A stretch of DNA of 32,000 nucleotides from Promethearchaeota archaeon (GCA_027031765.1 JALVPN010000040.1:53265-85264); one strand, 5' to 3'. Positions 8,481 to 18,545 are shown, counted from the stretch's first letter. Made by a program: numbers and translations. The notes: generated by a model not told the origin, from the sequence alone.

Positions 8481-10250
8481 TCAGTGCAGCAGCCCTTCGA
8501 CCCTCTCTTTCATACGTCGGATTTCCTCAACGGGGTCTGCAAGGCGCAGTTGCATTGCGGAAATGTCGAGAGAGTCCCGGAACTTTGTCACCCGGCCTGC
8601 CACAACCACATAGCTCCCCAGAACCCGTCCTGTTGCAGCTTGGAGAGGGGCAGTATCATTACCACTCTCTTCAATAAGTTGGAGTGCTTCAGCAGCGCTC
8701 ATCTGGAGCAGTTCTTCGCCGGTTGTGCCGAATAGTGTCGCACGGATTGTGCCTGACCCGTCGTCCACCGTAATCTTGTACAGCATTCTGGGCTCGGGGC
8801 TTTCAGTGGACTCTCCGCAGTTGGCACAGACAAACCGCCCTTCTTCCCGCTGGACTTTGCGCTTACAGTTGGGACACGCGAGATACACGGGGCGTGCCTG
8901 CGAGAGACCAACGACTATCCCACACACTTCCACCACGTGATTCACCATCGTCGCGTCAATCTCTTCAATCATCACGCGGCCGGCTGGCCCGACTGGCTGT
9001 TGTGAGAGTTCAGACATATCAATGTCAGCAAGAGCGGAATCGTCAGGGTTAATCTCAATCTGAGCCCGCCTGCCGACTTGGAAGTCCACGCCACCGCGAA
9101 AGCCCTCCTTCACGTAACCATGACGGATGCGAAGGATGTCGCCCTCCTTGAGGCCAGCAATGGTGTCAATATCATCGTTCCAGAAGGTCACACGGATTGT
9201 GCCCGAGTCATCAGCAACAATCACATTCTGTACACGGCCAGTACGTCCATCACGCTCAAAGGTAGTAGGAGGAAAGATACGCATGACCCTGCCTTCGATG
9301 TCGACATCCTTCATCTGGGGTGTGAGCTCAGACAGCCGGCGGAAACCAAGGGGCTCGGCCACCATGGGCACGCCCTCTATTGGGACAGCGTCTATGTCGT
9401 CAAGGTGCCGCGAGATTGATGACGAACGCCCCACATGGACTTCTACATCACCAGTCCGACCCACACGCGAGTAAGCACCACTCACCGAGATGACCTCGCC
9501 TATATCCAAGTCCTGTATCTCTTCTGCGCGCTCGTCCCAGAACACAATACGGATGCTCCCAGTCTCGTCTGATGCAAGTACGCTTGCCACTTTTCCAGGT
9601 GAGCCGTCAGTCCTCCGGGTGAACTCACGTAGTGGGAACACTGCGCCGACTTTCACGCGCAGTGATATATCGAACATCCGGTCAGTGATATCAGACACTT
9701 TCAGCGTCTGTGATTCTGCGGGTTCGAAGTCGAGTCCTTCCAGCTCATAGTCCTCCAAGACGCGGATGGCACCCTGACGACCAAGGTTCAACTCAAGGGC
9801 ACCACCGAGGCCCCGGCGGACATACGCACCCCGTATCTGGACTATGCTACCAATGGTGACAATCTCCTCCGAAACAGCACGGGTCATGTCGTCCCAGAGG
9901 GCAACACGGATGCGGCCGGTGTCATCTGCCACAACAATACTCGCAACCATACCTTGGCTACCATCTTTGCGTACAAAGCTGCGAACCGTGCCGACACTCA
10001 CAACCTTTGCAGTCAGTGCAATGCTGCGGGACGACTCCGTGATCTCGGATATCTTGAGACGCGCGCGTGTCGACATGTGTTGCAGGTCAATCCCCAACTC
10101 CCGCGCGATGATGAGGGCGGCCGACTCGTCATTGACAATCTCGGGACCAAGCTGCTCCCGTTTATCATGGATCATCTGTAGGACGTCGCCCCGGTCAAGC
10201 TCGGGCCGTTGTTTGAGGATTGTTTCAATAGCTTCCTCCAGCGTGAGCAT
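8481..10250 (-). CDS. rpa: Replication protein A large subunit (four OB folds, Zn finger in the last)
   Basis: Repeated DDTGRIRVALW / DETGSIRIVFW / DDSGTIRVTFW / DDGSGTIRATLF OB motifs; CPNC...CANC zinc finger. Confidence 0.92.
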   Translation of the reverse strand: MLTLEEAIETILKQRPELDRGDVLQMIHDKREQLGPEIVNDESAALIIARELGIDLQHMSTRARLKISEITESSRSIALTAKVVSVGTVRSFVRKDGSQGMVASIVVADDTGRIRVALWDDMTRAVSEEIVTIGSIVQIRGAYVRRGLGGALELNLGRQGAIRVLEDYELEGLDFEPAESQTLKVSDITDRMFDISLRVKVGAVFPLREFTRRTDGSPGKVASVLASDETGSIRIVFWDERAEEIQDLDIGEVISVSGAYSRVGRTGDVEVHVGRSSSISRHLDDIDAVPIEGVPMVAEPLGFRRLSELTPQMKDVDIEGRVMRIFPPTTFERDGRTGRVQNVIVADDSGTIRVTFWNDDIDTIAGLKEGDILRIRHGYVKEGFRGGVDFQVGRRAQIEINPDDSALADIDMSELSQQPVGPAGRVMIEEIDATMVNHVVEVCGIVVGLSQARPVYLACPNCKRKVQREEGRFVCANCGESTESPEPRMLYKITVDDGSGTIRATLFGTTGEELLQMSAAEALQLIEESGNDTAPLQAATGRVLGSYVVVAGRVTKFRDSLDISAMQLRLADPVEEIRRMKERVEGLLH

Positions 10251-10304
10251 GGTTGCCTCAACTCAGTCGGTATGCAAACTTGTCATGAGATGGCGGCCCT
10301 GTGC

Positions 10305-10310
10305 TTTAAA
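10305..10310 (-). promoter_or_regulatory. TATA box candidate for rpa
   Basis: TTTAAA about 55 nt upstream of the rpa ATG in the divergent rpa/DP2 intergenic region. Confidence 0.45.
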
Positions 10311-10612
10311 CCCCTATGCTCATGTGCGGCGAGCTGAACAGCGGTGACGTCTGCATTACTACGGACAGCATCCGGCGACGCTTGAAGCGTGGCTCTCGTG
10401 ACTGGGAGGTAAGCCTGCGGACTGGGTAGCCAGACCAAGCATGTTTGGTACAGTGTCACATATAGGACTCGTGATAGCATGCTGTTTCGCGGGCTGTGGA
10501 GGTGGACTGGTGTCTGACTGGGGACGTATTGGACTGTTATTGGCACAGAAAAGAGATGCTCTTGCGAAAGACAGAATACCATGCCGGCATGGAGTGCAAG
10601 TGTGTCAACACG

Positions 10613-13600
10613 ATGAGTCCCGAGTTCAAGTTGCCAGCGCACAGTAGCCAGTATGGGCGGTATTTCACTGAACTCACTGAACGGGTCCGGGAGATATATG
10701 CAATTGCAGAGAAGGCTAGAGCGGAAGGGTTGGATCCGGTAGAACGGGTAGAGATACCACATGCACACGATGTGGCCGCCCGTGTTGAGGCAACACTTGA
10801 GGGGCCTGTGGGAGTGGCCAGTCGAATCCGTGAACTGCAGGCCACAATGTCTCGAGAGGGAGTAGCCTTCAAGGTCGCAGAAGAGATAGCCCGGGGAGAG
10901 CTCGGGGGGATGGAAGACCCGGAGAAAGCGGCAGACAAGGCGGTCAGGGTTGCGCTGGCAATACTGACGGAGAGCATAACGGCAGCCCCACTTGAAGGGA
11001 TAGCAAGAGTACGCATCCGGGGCTCTGGATTGGCCAAATACCTAGCACTATACCTCGCCGGGCCAATTCGTGCAGCTGGTGGGACTGAGAGCGCAGTCAC
11101 AGTTCTTGTTGCAGACCATGTTCGTCAGGCACTTGGACTCCCCGCACTCGAGTCCACCCAAGAAGAGATTGACCGCGTTGCGGAGGAGGTGGAACTGTAC
11201 AGGCGGAATGCACACCTACAGTACAGCGATGTCCCCTCCGAACTCATCAAGTTTGCAGCCAAACACCTCCCAATAATGCTTACTGGAGAGCCAACTGAGG
11301 AGTACGAGGTGTCAGGAGGGCGCGACCTGGACAGGATTGAAACGAACCGCGTCCGTGGGGGGATGGTACTAGTCCTCAATGATGGCGTGGTCGGCAGGGC
11401 CGCAAAACTCGCACGGATTGTCGACAAGCTCGGAATAGAGGGGTGGGACTGGCTCAACGAGATTGCTAGGAGGTTGGGCAAAGCGAAGGAGGCTAGCGGT
11501 CGAGCTGAGGACAAGACAGCACCTAAGGAGGGGTACCTCGCAGATGTCATAGCAGGGAGACCTGTGTTCGCACACCCGTCTAGAAGAGAGGGCTTCCGCT
11601 TAAGGTATGGAAGGGCAAGAAACACAGGGCTAGCTGGTGTTGGCATACATCCGGCCACGATGCACCTGCTCGACGAGTTCCTTGCGACCGGGACGCACAT
11701 ACGCACAGAACGCCCCGGAAAGGGGTCTATCGTCGCCCCGGTGGACACCATAGAGGGACCGGTCGTGCTCCTCCGAGGTGGCAGCGTGGTCAGAGTGGAT
11801 ACTCTGGACGAGGCGCGAAGGATTGCGGGACGGGTGGAGCGGATACTGTACCTAGGTGACATACTGGTCGCAGTGGGCGAGTTCCGTGAGAACAACCACC
11901 CTCTTGTGCCAGCCGGATACTGCGAGGAGTGGTGGGCCCATGACTTGGAGGTGGCACTCGTCCGACTGTCCGACGAGAAAATGCACGAGCTTGTGACGGA
12001 AGCGGGCGTCGCACCAGACAGGCTACACGAACTGATACGGCACCCGCTCTCTGTTTTGCCAACACCAGAGGAGGCCGTTGGACTCAGCACCGTTCTTGGA
12101 ATACCACTCCATCCGCGCTACCTCTATAGATGGACAGCCCTCGGGAGAGACGAGGCCTGCAGTCTGAGGACATGGATTCTAGAACATGGGAGGCTGGAGG
12201 AGGCCAATGGCCAGAGAAGAGTTGTACTCCCCTATGACAAAGACTTCAAACGACTGTTGGAACGGGCTGGAGTCCCACATACAGTGCAGGAGCGGGGCAG
12301 CGAGATTTTGCTCACCGATGATGCGACCACAGTCCTTGCACAGCTGGGATCACCAGACGCCGAGCCAAGAGGGGACACGGCACTTGAGGCGCTGAACTCC
12401 GTAAGTGAGGTTGTACTGCGTGACCGCATAGGGACCACAATAGGGGCACGAATGGGACGACCCGAAAAAGCTGAGGCACGAAAGATGCGGCCACCGGTGC
12501 ATGTCCTGTTCCCTGTTGGGCGGAAGATGTCGAACGAACGGAGGTTGGAGAGAGTAGCAGGGTCGAGACTGGCCGTGGCCACACTAGAAGATGGGAATGT
12601 TCTGACTGACTCGACAGCCAAGCTTGAGATGGTTTCTAGGGTCTGCCCAAAGTGTGGGGCAGTCACTTTTGAGTCCAAGTGCCCCAATTGCAGGAACGTC
12701 CACACTGAGATTCAGCCTTGGTGTTCACAAGAGGGCTGTGGCGCACCAGTAGACCCAGACAGTGGAATGTGCAGGCAGGGACACGACATAAACCTAGTCA
12801 GAACCACAAGAGAGTACTCGGTGGACATGGGTGCCCTCCTAGACCGGGTCAAACAAGAGATTGACGAGCCCCAAGCATATGGTGTGAAGGGAGTGCTTGG
12901 TCTGACGAGTGTTCACAAGATACCAGAGTACTTGGGAAAGGGGATACTCAGGGCGAAGCATGCGGTCTATTGTTACCGTGATGGTACTGCTAGGTTCGAT
13001 GTGACAGATGCACCACTCACCCACTTCAGGCCATGTGAGGTGGGCGTGAGTGTTGAGAGACTCCACGCCCTTGGATATCATAGCGACTACAAGGGACGGC
13101 CACTAGTTTCTGAAGAACAGATAGTGGAGCTCAAGGTGCAGGACATCGTGATACCAGAGAATGGTGCAGAGTACCTCCTGCGAGTGGGCAGATTTGTAGA
13201 CGACTGCCTCCGTAGCATATACAAACAAGAGGCCTTCTACAAGTTCGAAACGAGGGAGGACTTGATTGGACAACTGGTAGTTGGTCTGGCACCACATACG
13301 TCTGCGGGCATCATCGGTAGGATTGTAGGGTTCACCCGCGCCAAGGTTTGTTATGCACATCCGTTCTGGCATGCGGCGAAGAGGAGGAACTGTGATGGGG
13401 ACGAGGACGCGATAATCCTCGTCCTGGATGCACTCCTCAACTTTTCGCGGTCGTACCTGCCGGCCGGGAGGGGCGGGTTCATGGATGCGCCACTAGTCCT
13501 ATCGGTAATCCTAAACCCGCAGGAAGTGGACGACGAGAGCCACAACATAGAGGTCTGTGCGAAATATCCGGCTGAAGTGTATAGTGCAGCAACAAGAGCC

Positions 13601-14155
13601 CTGCCTCCCAGAGAGATAGAGGATGTCATAGACAGTGTGTCGGCACGCCTAGGTACGGAAGCTCAGTATGAGGGTTTTGCATTCACCCATGGGACGACGA
13701 GGATAGACATGGGGCCGCGGGAAACCAAGTACAAGGTGCTGGGGTCGATGCAGGAGAAACTGGGGGCCCAGCTCCACGTAGCCGAACTGGTCGATGCAGT
13801 AGACACACTGGATGTCGCACAACGAGTGGTCTCACATCACTTCTTCAGGGACATAAGAGGGAACTTGAGGGCGTTTTCGACACAGAGGTTCCAATGCCCC
13901 AAGTGCCGCAGGGTAATGAGACGGATGCCATTGTCAGGGAAGTGCGTATGTGGGTCTGACCTTATCCTGACCGTGAGCCAGAAGAGTGTTTCCAAATACC
14001 TCGGTGTGGCTGAGGCAATCATCCAGAAGTATGGCCTTGACAGGTACTTGGAGCAAAGGTTACAACTCATCAAGAACGTCATCGGTTCGTTGTTTGTATC
14101 GAGCCAGACAACACTGACCGAGTTCATGGACGGCGGCGATGTCAGGTCGAGGTAA
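10613..14155 (+). CDS. polC: DNA polymerase D large subunit DP2, no intein
   Basis: YLAGPIRAAGGT, FRLRYGRARNTG, HAAKRRNCDGDEDA catalytic motif, MDAPLVL, C-terminal CPKC...CVC Zn finger and PIP-like QTTLTEFM. Start moved to ATG 10613. Confidence 0.96.
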   Translation: MSPEFKLPAHSSQYGRYFTELTERVREIYAIAEKARAEGLDPVERVEIPHAHDVAARVEATLEGPVGVASRIRELQATMSREGVAFKVAEEIARGELGGMEDPEKAADKAVRVALAILTESITAAPLEGIARVRIRGSGLAKYLALYLAGPIRAAGGTESAVTVLVADHVRQALGLPALESTQEEIDRVAEEVELYRRNAHLQYSDVPSELIKFAAKHLPIMLTGEPTEEYEVSGGRDLDRIETNRVRGGMVLVLNDGVVGRAAKLARIVDKLGIEGWDWLNEIARRLGKAKEASGRAEDKTAPKEGYLADVIAGRPVFAHPSRREGFRLRYGRARNTGLAGVGIHPATMHLLDEFLATGTHIRTERPGKGSIVAPVDTIEGPVVLLRGGSVVRVDTLDEARRIAGRVERILYLGDILVAVGEFRENNHPLVPAGYCEEWWAHDLEVALVRLSDEKMHELVTEAGVAPDRLHELIRHPLSVLPTPEEAVGLSTVLGIPLHPRYLYRWTALGRDEACSLRTWILEHGRLEEANGQRRVVLPYDKDFKRLLERAGVPHTVQERGSEILLTDDATTVLAQLGSPDAEPRGDTALEALNSVSEVVLRDRIGTTIGARMGRPEKAEARKMRPPVHVLFPVGRKMSNERRLERVAGSRLAVATLEDGNVLTDSTAKLEMVSRVCPKCGAVTFESKCPNCRNVHTEIQPWCSQEGCGAPVDPDSGMCRQGHDINLVRTTREYSVDMGALLDRVKQEIDEPQAYGVKGVLGLTSVHKIPEYLGKGILRAKHAVYCYRDGTARFDVTDAPLTHFRPCEVGVSVERLHALGYHSDYKGRPLVSEEQIVELKVQDIVIPENGAEYLLRVGRFVDDCLRSIYKQEAFYKFETREDLIGQLVVGLAPHTSAGIIGRIVGFTRAKVCYAHPFWHAAKRRNCDGDEDAIILVLDALLNFSRSYLPAGRGGFMDAPLVLSVILNPQEVDDESHNIEVCAKYPAEVYSAATRALPPREIEDVIDSVSARLGTEAQYEGFAFTHGTTRIDMGPRETKYKVLGSMQEKLGAQLHVAELVDAVDTLDVAQRVVSHHFFRDIRGNLRAFSTQRFQCPKCRRVMRRMPLSGKCVCGSDLILTVSQKSVSKYLGVAEAIIQKYGLDRYLEQRLQLIKNVIGSLFVSSQTTLTEFMDGGDVRSR

Positions 14156-14456
14156 AGTCACGGTAGATGCTCCTAGCTGCTGCACCCCACCGGTATTCGT
14201 CCACAGAAGACTTCTGCAGAACCAGTCTTGCAAACATCCACATCGACTCGAGAAGCGAGCCCCCAGTCAGTTTCACGCGCCATTCAGTCCACTGTGAGTA
14301 GCGTCCAGATGTTGTGTTGATTTCACGAACCCGTTCACGCACAAGATAGCTGCCGGGAGCTGTGCGTAGTACTTGCACATGGTCAACATCGGTCCTGTAT
14401 TCAGCAGGAACCGTGCGCTCATCGTATTTGCCCTCGCAAGCAATATCTGATGTCAT
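14142..14456 (-). CDS. Hypothetical protein (104 aa)
   Basis: ATG-started ORF filling the gap downstream of rps7; overlaps the DP2 stop by 14 nt; no family recognised. Confidence 0.5.
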   Translation of the reverse strand: MTSDIACEGKYDERTVPAEYRTDVDHVQVLRTAPGSYLVRERVREINTTSGRYSQWTEWRVKLTGGSLLESMWMFARLVLQKSSVDEYRWGAAARSIYRDFTST

Positions 14457-14628
14457 CGCTCATCAACTGGAGCGGTCATCAAACGTAGGTCACCTGCCCC
14501 AGATGGGGGAAACAAAATACCTTGATAACACTTTGGGCGCGGAACCTTGGGTAGTCCCGACATTCGGGACGGATATAGTCAACTATCATGGGACTGACAT
14601 GGCGACTGCGCAACAGTGGAGCAGAGGG

Positions 14629-15291
14629 CTACCTTGCCGAACGTGCCACACGTTCCCGCTCTTCCTTCTTTGCAATCGCAAAGCTGGCGGGATCATTCTT
14701 GTATGCAAGCAGCAGCTCGTCGACTATGCACTCCTCAAACGACTTGGCGCTCTTGTGAGCGGCCCGAACCGCACCAACTGCCAAGTATCTCAGTGCAAGG
14801 TCAATTCTCCGCTGGGGGGAAACATCAACAGAACGGGGATATGCCATTCCACCGTATGAAATCCGCGTTGTCTCTTCAGCCGGGGCGGCGTTCTCGATGG
14901 CAGTCACAAGCACCTGAATCGGGTTCAGTCCCGTCCGGAAGTCAATCATCTCAAAGACGCGACGCAACACGCCTATTGCACGCGCCTTCTTGCCAGCACC
15001 ACGACCAGTCCGAGTCCGCTTCTCCTTGCGGTTCCCGGCATTCATCAGCTTGTTGACAAAACGTTCAACTATGGGAGCGTGCGACTTGTGAAAACGCTTC
15101 CCAGCATGCCGTCCAGAGGTGTGCGGGATTAAGACAGGCTTGAGAGAGATGTAGCGTGCAAGGCCGACATCCGAAACCTGGACTTCGGAAACATCCCACT
15201 TGCCGAAGAGCAAGAATGGCGGGCCACCATGTGACTCGACTTCAGTGTCTGATGGCTGGACAGATGGGCTGTCTTCGGACACCACAACCAC
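14629..15291 (-). CDS. rps7: 30S ribosomal protein uS7
   Basis: LFGKWDVSEVQVSDVGLARYISL, PHTSGRH, NPIQVLVTAIENAAP, VDVSPQRRID. GTG start abuts the rps12 stop. Confidence 0.96.
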   Translation of the reverse strand: MVVVSEDSPSVQPSDTEVESHGGPPFLLFGKWDVSEVQVSDVGLARYISLKPVLIPHTSGRHAGKRFHKSHAPIVERFVNKLMNAGNRKEKRTRTGRGAGKKARAIGVLRRVFEMIDFRTGLNPIQVLVTAIENAAPAEETTRISYGGMAYPRSVDVSPQRRIDLALRYLAVGAVRAAHKSAKSFEECIVDELLLAYKNDPASFAIAKKEERERVARSAR

Positions 15292-15735
15292 CTACCGGAT
15301 TGGCTTCTCCTTCTTTCCGTATATTAGGGACTCAAGGGCCACACCGTTCACTTTGAAGACGCGCCATCGAACACCAGGCAGGTCACCCATTGCACCACCC
15401 ATGGCACCACCAATTCCCTCAACAATGACCTGGTCGTGCTCGTCAATGTACTTGAGCCCACCATCCCCCGGCACAAACGCAGTAATCTGCTTGCCGTTCT
15501 TGGACAACTGTACCCTAACGGCCTTCCGAATGGCAGAGTTCGGCTGCTTGGACTCAATACCGACCTTCTCAAGGACAATCCCACGCGCTTGGGGTGCGCC
15601 CTCAAGAGGATCCGTCTTGCGCTTCAACTGGAGCATGCGGCGCTTATAGCTCCCTTTCTTCCACCGAAACCTCTTGCGCTTCGTCCTGAGGGGACGCGCA
15701 GCGAACTCGCCGAGGGGGCTCTTTGAACCTGTCAA
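15292..15735 (-). CDS. rps12: 30S ribosomal protein uS12
   Basis: [37 protein letters not shown] start preceded by AGGTGAG. Confidence 0.97.
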   Translation of the reverse strand: MTGSKSPLGEFAARPLRTKRKRFRWKKGSYKRRMLQLKRKTDPLEGAPQARGIVLEKVGIESKQPNSAIRKAVRVQLSKNGKQITAFVPGDGGLKYIDEHDQVIVEGIGGAMGGAMGDLPGVRWRVFKVNGVALESLIYGKKEKPIR

Positions 15736-15998
15736 GTTTCAGACTCACCTTTTAACAGCAAGCATACTGTTGAGTATATTCTCTGCCAATGGCCATCGCA
15801 ACGCCTTTGTGTGGACTTAAAAGGCTTATGACGCGACATCAGAGCGGGGGCGCCCCGTCAATGGATACGGGTTGATAGTCCGGAGCAGTCAGGTCAGAAG
15901 GGGACGTGATACCACATGCGAATCACTACGTAGACATTCAGACCATGGGGGCGACCAGAGCGGCGACCACCGGTGCCCCAGCAACAGACAGCAAAGGG

Positions 15999-16004
15999 TT
16001 TAAA
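15999..16004 (+). promoter_or_regulatory. BRE/TATA candidate for lsm
   Basis: GCAAAGGG followed by TTTAAA about 36 nt before GTG 16040. Confidence 0.55.
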
Positions 16005-16039
16005 TCACGCAGCCGGTCGCTCAAGACGAGGAACCGACT

Positions 16040-16267
16040 GTGCCCGAGAAACTACCAATCAAGGCACTTGAAACTGCGCTTGACGATATCGTGTCAATAA
16101 AGCTCAAGGATCAGCGTGTATTTCGCGGGCGACTGACAAGTTGCGATATGTACATGAACCTCACACTCTCAAGTGCGGAGGAGCTTGAGGAGGACAGGGT
16201 CAGGGCCAAGTATGGCTCTGTATTGATTAGAGGGAACAATATTCTCTGGATTCAAATCCCAGACTAG
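16040..16267 (+). CDS. lsm: Sm-like archaeal protein (Lsm/SmAP)
   Basis: Sm1 motif GRLTSCDMYMNLTL and Sm2 motif VLIRGNNI. Confidence 0.93.
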   Translation: MPEKLPIKALETALDDIVSIKLKDQRVFRGRLTSCDMYMNLTLSSAEELEEDRVRAKYGSVLIRGNNILWIQIPD

Positions 16268-16298
16268 CGGCGCATTGTTGGCTGTGGCCTTACAACTG

Positions 16299-18317
16299 TT
16301 AGCGACCGGCGTCATGTCTGTACTCCTCAATTAGCGCTATTAGTTCCTCTTCGCCCTTCTCTAGGGCGGCCTCACGTATTCTTGACAGAAAGACTTGGAA
16401 CCGCTGCTCGAATTTTTTCCGACTGATGAATGCGAACTCGTCCACCCGCTCTAGTTCCACCTCATTGGCATCAATCACAGGAATCCCTGACCTGACAAGT
16501 TCTTCCTCGGCCAAGTGCGACAGTGGTGTATCGGCAATCACTGCACGGATCCCGTACTCGAAGAGCAGGCGGGCTGTCTGGAACCCCCCACCACTGGCAT
16601 CGTCAAACAATACAATGTCTGCCCGTTTCAGGCCGTACTGTTGGGCGTACTCTTGGATGCTCTCCTGCGTGAACTTTGGGATGACGCGTATTGCGAGGGT
16701 GTCACCCCGCATCTCACGACGCTTGACACCACGGAGCTGTTCGAGCCGCGCCTCCAGTTCCCGTGCAATCATCTTCTGCCTTTTCATCTCCCGACGGAGG
16801 GCGCGTATCTCTGCTTCCTTCTTCACCACCTCACGGTCACGTTTCACGTGCCAGTAGTTCTCACGAGAAACAATCTCCAAGCTGTGCATCAACTCGCTCT
16901 CACGGAACCTGAGGAACTCAATGAGGTGCTCAAGGTCTTCGACCCTGCTTGTCAGGGCTCTGTTCTCTTCCAACAACTCGGCGTACTTCGTCTGAAGGGT
17001 CTTGTAGCGTTCGGGCGTGATGGCCTCTTCGGTAGGTGGCGTTTCAGACGGCATGTCTGCAGGTGCAGCCTCCGAAACAGTAAGACTTGCAATGGCCTCC
17101 GCAATGGGGGTGCCCCGGATGACGAGGGCCTTCAACAGTCCCCGGTCAACGGTCAGGTGTTCAGCACGCACGCGCTGGTCTACTTGCTCAAGCTTGGGGC
17201 GGATGCTCCTGTACGCCAATACCGCGGCAGCTAGAGCATCACGTTCGTGTGCATTCGACACCCGCACCCCTCCAGAGCAGGTACGTGCAATCTCGTTCTT
17301 CTCCGCTATCGAAACGGGTCTGCTCGGGATGAAGAGGTCTGCATTGATGACGCTTGCAATCTTCTTGACGAAGTGTGGCTTCTTATGTACGTCTGTCGCA
17401 ACGAGGACAGGTACGCCGTGTTCGTAGACCGTGCGGATGATTTGAGCACGAGTGAAACCCTTTCCACTCACCAGCAGGTGCACCTGTCCCTCAAGTGACA
17501 GTAGGCATAGCGCTGCGGTTGTGCCGGGGTCGACGCCAAGGATGAAGTACTTTGGATGGACAACGAACGGCCCCGGTACTGGTTGCAGTGGCAGGAACTC
17601 AACCCTTTTCCGGACAGGCGCAACGAGCACGTTGAAGTCGCCGCCTCTCCTTGAGTCTATGAGCCCACGGACTACAAGATACGACGCATAGGCGGTTATC
17701 CGTGCACTGGAGTACCCGAAGTCCGAGGTGCGTATGTCAATCTCATATTCGATGCCAGCAGTAGTCAGCTGCTCTTCAATCAGTCTCGTCATCTGCTGGA
17801 TTTTTGACTGGACATTCCGCCGGTACCTGTTGGCACTCTGCCCACCACGACCAGGCTTGCGCCCACGCGTTATCTTGATTTCGGTGTGCTCGCCGAAACA
17901 CTCAAGCACATACCCAACACCCATTGATGCGAGCAGGGCAACAGCTCTTGCAGTTTCCAGTGGACTCGGCTTTCCGCGAAGTGGAAGGCCGTACTTCTTT
18001 GCCAGCCGCTTCAGAGACGTCTGATGTGGTGGGACACCAGTGACCTGTACGACCTTTGTTTCAACAGGGAGCCTCTCGACCAACCTGAACAATGTCTTTG
18101 CACTTGGTGCAATTTCAAAGATGTTGTCAGTTGCAAGATAGTGCGGTTGTATCTCATTCACGAGGCGTAACAGGGCGGCCCGTGTGATTGCCGAGTGCTC
18201 TGCAAGAACCATCCCCTTACGGACTACTGCGCAGGCATACTTCGGACGAGCTCTAGCACGTGGACTATGGAATGGGAGTATGTCAAAGCCTATGACGAGT
18301 TCGTCATCATCAGTCAT
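16299..18317 (-). CDS. DUF460 family protein (COG2433, predicted RNase H-fold nuclease with coiled coil)
   Basis: LVIGFDI, ITRGRKPGRGGQSANRYRR, ILGVDPGTTAA, HERDALAAA, long C-terminal coiled coil. Confidence 0.88.
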   Translation of the reverse strand: MTDDDELVIGFDILPFHSPRARARPKYACAVVRKGMVLAEHSAITRAALLRLVNEIQPHYLATDNIFEIAPSAKTLFRLVERLPVETKVVQVTGVPPHQTSLKRLAKKYGLPLRGKPSPLETARAVALLASMGVGYVLECFGEHTEIKITRGRKPGRGGQSANRYRRNVQSKIQQMTRLIEEQLTTAGIEYEIDIRTSDFGYSSARITAYASYLVVRGLIDSRRGGDFNVLVAPVRKRVEFLPLQPVPGPFVVHPKYFILGVDPGTTAALCLLSLEGQVHLLVSGKGFTRAQIIRTVYEHGVPVLVATDVHKKPHFVKKIASVINADLFIPSRPVSIAEKNEIARTCSGGVRVSNAHERDALAAAVLAYRSIRPKLEQVDQRVRAEHLTVDRGLLKALVIRGTPIAEAIASLTVSEAAPADMPSETPPTEEAITPERYKTLQTKYAELLEENRALTSRVEDLEHLIEFLRFRESELMHSLEIVSRENYWHVKRDREVVKKEAEIRALRREMKRQKMIARELEARLEQLRGVKRREMRGDTLAIRVIPKFTQESIQEYAQQYGLKRADIVLFDDASGGGFQTARLLFEYGIRAVIADTPLSHLAEEELVRSGIPVIDANEVELERVDEFAFISRKKFEQRFQVFLSRIREAALEKGEEELIALIEEYRHDAGR

Positions 18318-18374
18318 GTGCCAGCACTCATTGGGTCTTTGTTGTTATCGCTATAAGAGTTGATGTTTGTCTAT

Positions 18375-18545
18375 ACGGGCCTTTGCCCAATGATCCCCGC
18401 AGTGCGGGGCATGTCGGACTGGTATCGGCCCCCACACATGCCCATCGTCACTGATGGCACCCTACGCGGCGGATATGGCCCGGGTAAAACATGGGCGCTA
18501 ACCGGTTGGAGGGACAGACCCCTACCGAATGCTCAAGACCCGCTC
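18375..18545 (-). ncRNA. Candidate structured ncRNA (about 170 nt), family unknown
   Basis: TATATA at 18565-18570 on the minus strand; predicted 5' end GCGGGUCUU pairs with 3' end AAGGCCCGU (G-U pairs work only on the minus strand); several internal hairpins. Confidence 0.4.

Noticed and set aside
10251-10612. Replication origin between rpa and DP2
   Set aside because: No ORB or mini-ORB repeats, no long AT-rich unwinding element and no cdc6/orc1 in the window.
13375-13410. Intein at the DP2 RRN/CDGDED site
   Set aside because: The catalytic motif HAAKRRNCDGDEDA is contiguous and the protein length is normal.
17953-17964. Mini-ORB-like TTTCCAGTGGA
   Set aside because: Single copy inside the DUF460 coding region.
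18394-18410. Cobalamin riboswitch-like GCCCCGCACUG on the minus strand
   Set aside because: Only a short partial motif; other B12-element segments and a cobalamin-related downstream gene are absent.
18420-18466. Fluoride riboswitch-like CTGATGGCACCCTAC
   Set aside because: The 5' GGNGAUGG..UCNCC stem and pseudoknot partner are missing, and no fluoride exporter gene is adjacent.
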